Shown here piece by piece: positions 1 through 7,672 of a stretch of 32,000 bases of DNA; within the stretch, counting starts at the first letter, position 1, and each line of letters starts with the position of its first letter. The DNA comes from Candidatus Iainarchaeum sp. (GTDB lineage: Archaea > Iainarchaeota > Iainarchaeia > Iainarchaeales > CSSED10-239): the NCBI GenBank assembly GCA_937968065.1, contig CALBUD010000033.1, forward strand, positions 1 through 32,000, read 5' to 3'. Under the pieces are notes generated by a model. It did not search any database, was not told the origin of the DNA, and saw nothing but the letters and a program-made list of their open reading frames with translations. The translations under genes and the position numbers were made by a program.

Positions 1-76
1 CAGCTGCAACCACAGGAAGCAACACACCAAACAACAAAATTACAACTAAAAGTACAATTAAAAATGTATATCTCAT
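1..76 (-). CDS. 5' end of a gene that runs off the left edge. The visible N-terminus MRYTFLIVLLVVILLFGVLLPVVAA looks like a signal peptide or membrane anchor.
   Basis: I hand-translated the reverse complement. ATG is at 76..74 and 25 open codons follow to position 1. The peptide is a basic residue followed by a hydrophobic helix. A weak AGGGT motif (86..90) lies 9 nt upstream. The gene sits just after the oligo-T tracts that follow ORF A. It is too short to appear in the ORF track. Confidence 0.4.
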   Translation of the reverse strand, partial: MRYTFLIVLLVVILLFGVLLPVVAA

Positions 77-149
77 ATATCTTAAACCCTATAATATATT
101 ATAACTATAAAATATAGTTAAACAATATATTTATATAGATTACTTTTAG

Positions 150-171
150 AGAAAAAACCTTTAAAAAAAGC
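150..171 (-). terminator. Candidate oligo-T transcription stop after ORF A
   Basis: Read on the minus strand, the sequence right after the TAA (174..172) is GC-TTTTTTT-AAAGG-TTTTTT-C. The T7 is at plus 163..169 and the T6 at 152..157. Oligo-T tracts act as intrinsic terminators in archaea, and in bacteria when preceded by a hairpin. No clear hairpin is visible here. Confidence 0.3.
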
Positions 172-3100
172 TTAATCACATCTTAAAGAATCAGAAGCTG
201 GTTCAATAAAACTAGAATTATTTGAATATATTTCTGTTGGGTTATAGAAAAACTCAGAGGTTTTTCCATCAACAGAATTAACCACACAAATCTTATTTTC
301 AGAAACCATATCAAATACTTTTTTAATAGAGTTTATCTCAAGATTATTTCCTTGAGAAGAAGAGGAACCTAAAGATATATTTGAAGAATAATTATTACCT
401 GTTGTTGAAAATTTAACATTTACACCTTGACTTGATCTATCTTCAAGTGTATATATACTATTTTCTGGAGTGTAAAAGATTGTTCTAAGATAAACTTTTC
501 CAGTTCTTATAACTTGTGGCCAATCAAGAACAAATGTTGATTGAGGTCCTTCTGTTCCAGAATATCTATCATAATAAACCATATTAAACATATTGTTTCC
601 AGAAAAATCACATCCAGAACCAACACCAGTCCATCTTAAAAGAGAAGTTGAATCAACTAAGGTGTTATCTGATGAATCTTTTAATCTATAATAAACATTT
701 AAAGGATTTGTGTTTCTTGTTTCAACTTCCATTAAAACAGGAATTGCTTTACTTGGACTAAATATTAAATCAATTATGTTTTCTTGATATTTAACAGATA
801 AAACATTTCCTCTACTTTCAATTGAAGAATTAATCTTATAAATATCATTTGTTTTTGTAATATTTACTGTTCTTAAAGCGTTTGAACCATAATCAGGTGT
901 TGTTACAACATTTTCTTCATCAATTCTTATAGTATCTCCAGTATATGTAACTCCATACCCTTGTCTATTATACCCTGAAGTTGTTTGTCCTACAAAACCA
1001 TTAAATGGAAGTCTATAAAAAACACTATCTGTTTCTGGAGAAGAAATAAAACCAAAGGTTACAAATGCTTCAGCATCAATTTCTCCATTTCTTTCAAAAT
1101 TCCAAGAACTATTTTCAAATAAGAAATCTATTTTTATTCTATATTTTCCTGGAACATTAATATTTACATTATTTGTTTCATCTGAATATTGTTTTATAAA
1201 TAATAAATTATTTTTGAAAAGTTTAGATAAATAACCATTATTAAAGGTGGTTGGAGATGACATTATTGAAGAAGAACCTATTTGAGAACCATCTTCTCTT
1301 GAAGCAAGACCACCATATGCAGCATCAAAATCATTTATAAAATTATTATTATATTTATCTGTTATTAAATAAACTTCAAACTCTAAAAGTTCTTTTAATC
1401 TTAAAATATCTTGTTCTGTCCATTGAGAAACAACATTATCAGGATACATCTCTTTATTAAACCACATATCAAGATAACTAATTCCATTTTCTTTAACAGT
1501 TGTTGCTGGAACTAAACAATCAGAAGTTTGAGATTGCTCATAAATATCAAGTGAAACTAAAGAACTAAAACTATTATTAAAAGGATCACTATCCTCTCCA
1601 GAATAGATGATTGATAAAGAAAGATTTTCTCCAAGGATTGGAGTTGTTTCATAAAATTCTAAAATAACTTCTGTTGTGGTATCTCCTGAAGTTTGTTTTA
1701 GTTCAATTGGTATACTTGAAAGATTTCCTGTAATTTCTGTTAATTCATCTGTTGAAAAATCTCTAACATATGCTTTCTTTGGTAGTTTATTATCAAGACT
1801 TGCTGCTAAGTTTCCATTTTTATTATTTCCTGTTCTATTATCTAAAGATATTTTAACAATTAATTTTTCTTCAGAAGTTAAAATACTTACTTGATCAATT
1901 CCTGTTCTTGAAGCTGAAACATTATAATCTGCATTATATGGTTGTGCATCTTTAATATAATATGAACCAATTAAAGATTGACTTGCTAAAGATTCTGAAC
2001 TTATAGGACAAGAAACTGGTTTTGAAGCTATTAGTTCTTGTGCTTTATTAATTCTATTTAAAACAACTTGTGTTAATTGAGTTGCATCACAATAGTTTTC
2101 AGAACATTTATCTATATCTTCTAAAGACCAAGACCAATCAAGAGAGATGTTTGGAACAGCACCCTCTCCAGTTTTTCCAATCTTTCCTGTGTCTGTAACA
2201 CAATCAAGAAGAGTTAAATCATAGTTTGGAGTTTCTTCTGGTTTTGATATAAAATATGCAAATCTAAATTTTCCTATATTTTCTGTATTTTTAAAAGCAG
2301 GATCTTGCATATCTATAGAATCATCTAATGTTGGATTAAAATCTATTGTTTTAAAGAAATATTTTTTTGAATTATTATTTATTTGTGTATAAAAATCATC
2401 AGAAAGATTAAATTGTAAAGGTTTTATACCTGCTTGTTCAGGCCAGATAACTTCATCTGCTCTACAGGTATATCTAAAGTCTGTTTCAAGTTCTATTTTG
2501 TTTCTAGTTGGTTTTGAACCATAACACTCGATTGTGTGTGAAAGTTTTCCATCTTCAATAATTGGTTCAAAGATACCACTACAGTTTTGGTTTTTAATTA
2601 TTTGTGCATCAAACTTATCAAAAATAAATCCTGGTTGGTTACATAAAGTATAGTTTGATAAAGAAAGATTAGCATTCTTTGTAAGTTTATTTTTTGATGC
2701 AGGGTCTGTCATGGTTATAAGATCATGGTAGGTTATATATCTTGAACCTGTAATATCAAAAATATTTATATAAGAGGTGCTTTCTGAAACATCATTTATT
2801 TGTATAATCTTTGTTTTTTCATGATTTGGTTTTGTATGTTTTTGTTCAATATCTAAAAATCTATTAACTATTAAAGGATATTCAAACTCATTTTTCCAAC
2901 TAGTTGCAGCCCAAGAAACTAAAGCCCCAACTCCAATAGCTGCCCAACCATAAGGCCCAATTCCTGCAAGAGCTGTGTAGATGGCAGTTGAACCTAAAGC
3001 GGTTCCAGCTGTTCCTGCAGCTGCTGCAGCAGCTGCTGTTGCTGCACTAACACCAATAGCTCCACTATAAACACCAATTGCAAGTGTTGAGGTTGTTAAA

Positions 3101-6100
3101 ATTCCTCCAACCCAAGGAACCCACCCAACATCTTCATCAATAACTGTTATATATGAAAGATCTCCAAGAGCTTTAAAATTCATTTTTTTAAAAGATTCAT
3201 CATTTCTATTAAAATTACTTGATAAATATTCTACAAAAGTTGAGTTTTCAGAAGAAACAGCATTAACTGTTCTATAAGATAGATCCTCTTGACTTGTAGG
3301 AATCTCTTTAACATAATCCCATGGATTTTTTTCTGTATTATTATTATATAATCTTTTTATTTCAGAAACTTTATTTTCAGAAATTTCAATAAATGGATCT
3401 TCCATCCATAAACCTGTTTCATCTTTTGCATTTATTTTTAAGATTGAAAATGAAGAAGTTATTGTTCTTCCAAAATTATTTTTAACAGAAATTAAATTAT
3501 TAAGATAATAAGCACCAGGTGCTGTTTTTGAATCTTTTCTTTTTATAGAAACAGTTTTTTCAGAATCATTTAAAGAAAATCTTAAAATATTTCTTTCTTC
3601 AATTCCTTCTATGATTAAATCTCTACATCCATAATCATCACCATCACAAAGATTCATCTCAAAGGTTGCTTTTCCAACACATTCGTTTTTAATAGTTAGT
3701 TCTTTAGAGGAAAGATTTTCTAAAACAAATAATCCTCCTTGATTTATTTTTCTTCCAGAATCATAATAAGAGAAACAATCTGTAAGATTCATAACAGAGA
3801 TATTTGTTTTTAATAATAAATCATTTGGTGATTTATTAACATATACAGCTCCCTCTTCAGTTTCAACTTCAGCATTAAAATAAATATTTGTTTTAATATC
3901 TGCAAACTTTATACCATTGGTGTTATAAGTTATCTCTAAGGTATACTCTTCTTCAGGTCTTATTTCACTTACAACTGTTCTATAGTAGTTTTCTGATAGT
4001 TGCACTTGATTTCCAGAACCTGGACCAATAACTCTTAAGAAATAAACACCATATCTATCTGCTTCTGAAACTATTTTTGCTTGTAGATTTTTAATTGATA
4101 TAGGAGTTCTTCCTTCTTTTGAAAGACATGTGTTTTTAATACTTAGAGAGGTTGTTTGACTTGTTGTTGAAACAACAGTTGTCCATTCTCCAAGACCACC
4201 AGTAACAACTAAACAATCATCTGCAAACACACCTGTTCCAACAGATAATTTAAGATTTACTGGAATATTAAATAAATAATCATAGTTATTTAAAGAAACT
4301 GTTCCTGTTAAAGAACCTATGATATTCTCACTAACAGGATGTGTTCTTGCACTCTCTGAGGGTGCAAACTTAACTGTCATTTCTCTTGTTTGGTTTGCAG
4401 GTATTGTAAATCCAGATTGTATCTGGTTATTTATATAATTTTTAGTTTGTGCAAGGTTTAATAAATAAGATTTATTAAAAGAAATATCAATATCATTTAT
4501 TTCTTTTAAAGTTAATGGATATTCTGTTTTGTTTTCTAAAGTCAAAGTATATAACTCTCCATCAATATCGTTTTTATGAATAAATGCTTGAAGAGGAGAA
4601 TCACTTGTTATTTTTTGAGAGTTGTGTAAAATATCAATAATATCTTTTGTTACTGTAAACTCAACAGGCTCTGCATAATATTTAGATTTTGTAGCTTCAA
4701 TTACAAAGGTTTCATTATTTCTTAAAGCAGGAAGAGAAATATTTGCTTTTCCTTCTCTGTTTGTTTTTCTACCTGTTGATATTGTTAAGTATTCATTATT
4801 TATTTTTTGTAAAACATTTATATTTGCACCTTCTATTAAACCTCCTTGACTATCTTTAACAATAACTGTTAAAATAAAAGGAACTGAAGGTATTATGTTT
4901 CTTGGTTCATAATCAATAACCATAGTGTCAATCTCTGTTGTTGAAAAGTTAATAGGTAAGGTGTAGATAACTTCATTGTCAGAGACAAGTCTTGTGACTA
5001 ATTTTGACTGTCCAAGAATTAATGGAAACAATCCTAAATTAAAACCAATTTCTGAAAAAGGAGAAAGATTTTCTTTTAAAAGCTCTGGAGTGTTAAAAGG
5101 AATATTAAAATTATTTTCTCCAATTGGTGTTTCTCCAATAGATGAAAACTCACCAAAGATTTCATAATTTTTAATGTTTACCATAGATGTAGGATTATCA
5201 TCTTTATTTAAGTTTTTAACAGAAAGTCTTGAAGATGGATAGTTGTTTGAAGAGGAGTTTGTGATTATATATTCAAGAATATAATCTGAGTTAACTTTTA
5301 AAGGTACAAGATTATTTTCTTTAATATCATATCTTAACCCTTCTAAAACATCCACATACTGTCCTGAAAAACAAAAAGTATCATTACATAAACTTTTAGC
5401 ATCCACAAAATACTGAAGTTGTGTAAAATTATTTCCTAAAAGATTAATATTTCCTTGAGAGGATGCATAAAAGAAAGAAACAAGATCATTTGTTTTAGCA
5501 TTCTTTATTCTTATAGGAATATATATCTCATGTGTTGATGCTGGAAAATTATTTACTTGTATGTTTACAAGTTTTGATTCTAAAAAATTACCTGATTCTG
5601 TAAAAGGTTCTTTCTCATAATAGATAGAAGTTCCTAAAGTACTATTTTCAGGCATTATAAAAACAATATCTTCTTTAACATCTTCATAACTACCAGCTCT
5701 TAAAGCAAAATTAAAACCTGTTGAAGAGGGTGGCATAATAACTTTAAATCTTAAATAAAAGACTTCATTATTTTTTAAAGATTCAACCTTTTGTTCTAAA
5801 GCATTATAAAGACCAAGATATTCAACAACTGTATCTTGTGCTTGACTTGCTCTTTCTAAAACAATTTCTTTTGTAACAGTTTTGTTTTTATAGATTCTAA
5901 AAACATCTGTAAAATATGGAAGATAACCATCAGTTTCAATAAGAACATATACTCTCTTATCTGCTTTTATATCTTTAGATATTCGTCCAATATTTGTTGC
6001 AATATCAGTTCCAAGCAATTCACCTGATTCAGAATAAAAAGTAACTAATGAATTTGAAACAACATCATCTGTTTTATTTTTAATTGAAAGATTTACAGTT

Positions 6101-7650
6101 CCTTTTCCAATAACAACAGGTAAAGAAACATTAGTATCTTCAGGTGGTAAGTTTCTATATTTTGAAGAAATTTCTTCAATATATAAGTTTTTAGTCTTAA
6201 TTGTAAAATCAATTTCAGGAATATTTTCAAAAACAGCAACTCCGTTTTCATCAGAAACTGCATAAGAAAATAAAGGATTAATAAAATCAGCATCTCCATC
6301 ATAAATCCAACTTTTAATACCAATGACAGGTTTTAAATCTTCATCAAAAATAGAAACATATATGTTTGAAACATTACTTGGTGTTATTTTTTCAAGATTA
6401 ATATTATAAACTTCTAAACTAGAAGTTATTGGTATTATTTGTCCAAGATATCCTTCAGCAACAGCTTTTAGAGAATAGTTTTTATTTTTATCTATCTTAA
6501 AAATAAAACCATCTTGCTTTTCTCTTTCATCTATATTTTCAGTTCCATCTAAAAGTAAAGTTACAACAGGATATAAAGAATCTTCTAAAACCTCACCTGT
6601 ATCTTTATCTTTTACAAAAACAGTAATCTCTCTAAGCTCTATAGCTTGATTAGTATCAGGATCTATTAAAGGATTAGAAGTGTTTTGCATATCAATAGTT
6701 AGTTCAGAAAGATAATTTTTAAAAACTTCAACTTCTTTTTCAGATGCAAGATAATTATTCATAACATCTGTTGCTTTAACAATATATTCTCCAACAGGTA
6801 TACTTGAAAAAGAACCTTGTGAATTATTTGTTTGTATTGTTCTAATTGAAGTTACAGGATCATCTTTTGAAAATAATCTTAATGTTATTGAATCATAAAT
6901 ATATTCTTCTCCAGAAACAACCAAAACATTAATTGATCCAACATCTGTAACAGGACCTCTTGGTGTTAATTTTATTATTGAATCTGAAAGTTTAACAAGT
7001 AAATTTTTTTCATTATATTTATCACTTGAGACATCAGCATACATCAGGTTACAAGAAGAAGGAATTTCTATTGCTAAAGAACCAGTTGATGTTTTTGTAA
7101 GAGAAGAGGTTACAACTTCTCTATTATCACAAACAATTGAAACTAAAAGTTCATCTGTTATTTTTTGATTTGTTAAAGTATCTTCAAAATAAATTGTTTT
7201 TTTAAAAGAACTTGGAACTTTTAAAACTGTTAATATAAAATTAAAAGTATTTCTATCAAAAACAATTTCTGTTTCAAAAAAATCATAACCTTCTTTTTCA
7301 ACAATAACAGTATATAACTTTTTTTTATCAAGAGAAATTGTAAAAGAACCATTGTTATTTGTTGTATATGTGTTTGTGGTTCCATCTGATAAATTTCTTA
7401 TCTTAAAATCAAAATTACTTAAGATGTTATCTTCATTATCAGCAAACCTAATAGTTATGCTTGTAAGATCTGCTTTTTTTCCAATAAAGGAATTTCCAAA
7501 AATAAAATAAAGAATAATTAAGAAAATTAATAAAAATAAAAAAAAAGAAGTTAAAGCAAACTTTTTATCCAAAGGTGCAGTAATCTTTTTAATTGGGATT
7601 CTATCATCTACTTTTGTTAAAAAGTTTTGCCAAGATTCTTTAAAAGACAT
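172..7650 (-). CDS. Giant (2,492 aa) membrane-anchored multi-domain surface protein of unknown function (protein A)
   Basis: This is an uninterrupted 7.5-kb ORF with ATG at 7650..7648 and TAA at 174..172. An AGGAA motif lies 10 nt upstream of the ATG.

- N-terminus: MSFKESWQNFLTKVDDRIPIKKITAPLDKK plus the TM helix LTSFFLFLLIFLIILYFIF. It aligns with the N-termini of C and D.
- Repeats: ~80-aa units such as ITIRFADNEDN...NNNGSFTISL...YTVIVEKEGYDFFETEIVF fit the carboxypeptidase-regulatory-like/PEGA beta-sandwich pattern.
- Later domains carry phi-x-phi-x-N-x-C strands (SIKNTCLSK, TIKNECVGK).
- An internal hydrophobic segment spans aa 1509-1585.
- The C-terminal ~900 aa are paralogous to B. Confidence 0.9.
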   Translation of the reverse strand: MSFKESWQNFLTKVDDRIPIKKITAPLDKKFALTSFFLFLLIFLIILYFIFGNSFIGKKADLTSITIRFADNEDNILSNFDFKIRNLSDGTTNTYTTNNNGSFTISLDKKKLYTVIVEKEGYDFFETEIVFDRNTFNFILTVLKVPSSFKKTIYFEDTLTNQKITDELLVSIVCDNREVVTSSLTKTSTGSLAIEIPSSCNLMYADVSSDKYNEKNLLVKLSDSIIKLTPRGPVTDVGSINVLVVSGEEYIYDSITLRLFSKDDPVTSIRTIQTNNSQGSFSSIPVGEYIVKATDVMNNYLASEKEVEVFKNYLSELTIDMQNTSNPLIDPDTNQAIELREITVFVKDKDTGEVLEDSLYPVVTLLLDGTENIDEREKQDGFIFKIDKNKNYSLKAVAEGYLGQIIPITSSLEVYNINLEKITPSNVSNIYVSIFDEDLKPVIGIKSWIYDGDADFINPLFSYAVSDENGVAVFENIPEIDFTIKTKNLYIEEISSKYRNLPPEDTNVSLPVVIGKGTVNLSIKNKTDDVVSNSLVTFYSESGELLGTDIATNIGRISKDIKADKRVYVLIETDGYLPYFTDVFRIYKNKTVTKEIVLERASQAQDTVVEYLGLYNALEQKVESLKNNEVFYLRFKVIMPPSSTGFNFALRAGSYEDVKEDIVFIMPENSTLGTSIYYEKEPFTESGNFLESKLVNIQVNNFPASTHEIYIPIRIKNAKTNDLVSFFYASSQGNINLLGNNFTQLQYFVDAKSLCNDTFCFSGQYVDVLEGLRYDIKENNLVPLKVNSDYILEYIITNSSSNNYPSSRLSVKNLNKDDNPTSMVNIKNYEIFGEFSSIGETPIGENNFNIPFNTPELLKENLSPFSEIGFNLGLFPLILGQSKLVTRLVSDNEVIYTLPINFSTTEIDTMVIDYEPRNIIPSVPFILTVIVKDSQGGLIEGANINVLQKINNEYLTISTGRKTNREGKANISLPALRNNETFVIEATKSKYYAEPVEFTVTKDIIDILHNSQKITSDSPLQAFIHKNDIDGELYTLTLENKTEYPLTLKEINDIDISFNKSYLLNLAQTKNYINNQIQSGFTIPANQTREMTVKFAPSESARTHPVSENIIGSLTGTVSLNNYDYLFNIPVNLKLSVGTGVFADDCLVVTGGLGEWTTVVSTTSQTTSLSIKNTCLSKEGRTPISIKNLQAKIVSEADRYGVYFLRVIGPGSGNQVQLSENYYRTVVSEIRPEEEYTLEITYNTNGIKFADIKTNIYFNAEVETEEGAVYVNKSPNDLLLKTNISVMNLTDCFSYYDSGRKINQGGLFVLENLSSKELTIKNECVGKATFEMNLCDGDDYGCRDLIIEGIEERNILRFSLNDSEKTVSIKRKDSKTAPGAYYLNNLISVKNNFGRTITSSFSILKINAKDETGLWMEDPFIEISENKVSEIKRLYNNNTEKNPWDYVKEIPTSQEDLSYRTVNAVSSENSTFVEYLSSNFNRNDESFKKMNFKALGDLSYITVIDEDVGWVPWVGGILTTSTLAIGVYSGAIGVSAATAAAAAAAGTAGTALGSTAIYTALAGIGPYGWAAIGVGALVSWAATSWKNEFEYPLIVNRFLDIEQKHTKPNHEKTKIIQINDVSESTSYINIFDITGSRYITYHDLITMTDPASKNKLTKNANLSLSNYTLCNQPGFIFDKFDAQIIKNQNCSGIFEPIIEDGKLSHTIECYGSKPTRNKIELETDFRYTCRADEVIWPEQAGIKPLQFNLSDDFYTQINNNSKKYFFKTIDFNPTLDDSIDMQDPAFKNTENIGKFRFAYFISKPEETPNYDLTLLDCVTDTGKIGKTGEGAVPNISLDWSWSLEDIDKCSENYCDATQLTQVVLNRINKAQELIASKPVSCPISSESLASQSLIGSYYIKDAQPYNADYNVSASRTGIDQVSILTSEEKLIVKISLDNRTGNNKNGNLAASLDNKLPKKAYVRDFSTDELTEITGNLSSIPIELKQTSGDTTTEVILEFYETTPILGENLSLSIIYSGEDSDPFNNSFSSLVSLDIYEQSQTSDCLVPATTVKENGISYLDMWFNKEMYPDNVVSQWTEQDILRLKELLEFEVYLITDKYNNNFINDFDAAYGGLASREDGSQIGSSSIMSSPTTFNNGYLSKLFKNNLLFIKQYSDETNNVNINVPGKYRIKIDFLFENSSWNFERNGEIDAEAFVTFGFISSPETDSVFYRLPFNGFVGQTTSGYNRQGYGVTYTGDTIRIDEENVVTTPDYGSNALRTVNITKTNDIYKINSSIESRGNVLSVKYQENIIDLIFSPSKAIPVLMEVETRNTNPLNVYYRLKDSSDNTLVDSTSLLRWTGVGSGCDFSGNNMFNMVYYDRYSGTEGPQSTFVLDWPQVIRTGKVYLRTIFYTPENSIYTLEDRSSQGVNVKFSTTGNNYSSNISLGSSSSQGNNLEINSIKKVFDMVSENKICVVNSVDGKTSEFFYNPTEIYSNNSSFIEPASDSLRCD
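2896..3126 (-). other. Internal Gly/Ala-rich hydrophobic segment of A (aa 1509-1585), predicted membrane hairpin
   Basis: The translation is GWVPWVGGILTTSTLAIGVYSGAIGVSAATAAAAAAAGTAGTALGSTAIYTALAGIGPYGWAAIGVGALVSWAATSW. It has no charged residue over 77 aa. The DNA is visibly GC-richer than its flanks (GCW-rich run around 3016..3046). Confidence 0.75.
5850..7470 (-). other. N-terminal array of ~80-aa carboxypeptidase-regulatory-like/PEGA-like beta-sandwich repeats in A (approximate bounds)
   Basis: The recurring pattern is: a short beta strand, D/N-x-x-G/N, a hydrophobic strand, T/D-x-x-G-x-F/A, then Y-x-phi-x-phi-x-x-x-G-Y. Examples are VEKEGYDFF, KAVAEGYLGQ and IETDGYLPYF. I assigned this by eye and ran no HMM. 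Confidence 0.6.
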
Positions 7651-7660
7651 GTTTTATACT

Positions 7661-7665
7661 TTCCT
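7661..7665 (-). promoter_or_regulatory. Shine-Dalgarno-like AGGAA upstream of A
   Basis: The minus strand reads TAAAGGAAAGTATAAAAC-ATG, giving a 10-nt spacer. The gap from the B stop (7673) to the A start (7650) is only 22 nt, consistent with co-transcription. Confidence 0.4.
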
Positions 7666-7672
7666 TTAGATT

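Noticed and set aside
3016-3046. GCW-GCW trinucleotide run (gcagctgctgcagcagctgctgttgctgca) as a microsatellite or foreign GC-rich insert
   Set aside because: It is in frame and simply encodes the poly-Ala core (AAAAAAA) of the hydrophobic segment. Codons alternate between GCA and GCT, so it is not a perfect repeat. The GC rise is explained by Gly and Ala codon content.
6093-6323. 76-aa minus-strand ORF in a different frame inside protein A
   Set aside because: It overlaps the 2,492-aa ORF out of frame and encodes a low-complexity L/K/F/I peptide. Nothing indicates an independent start signal.
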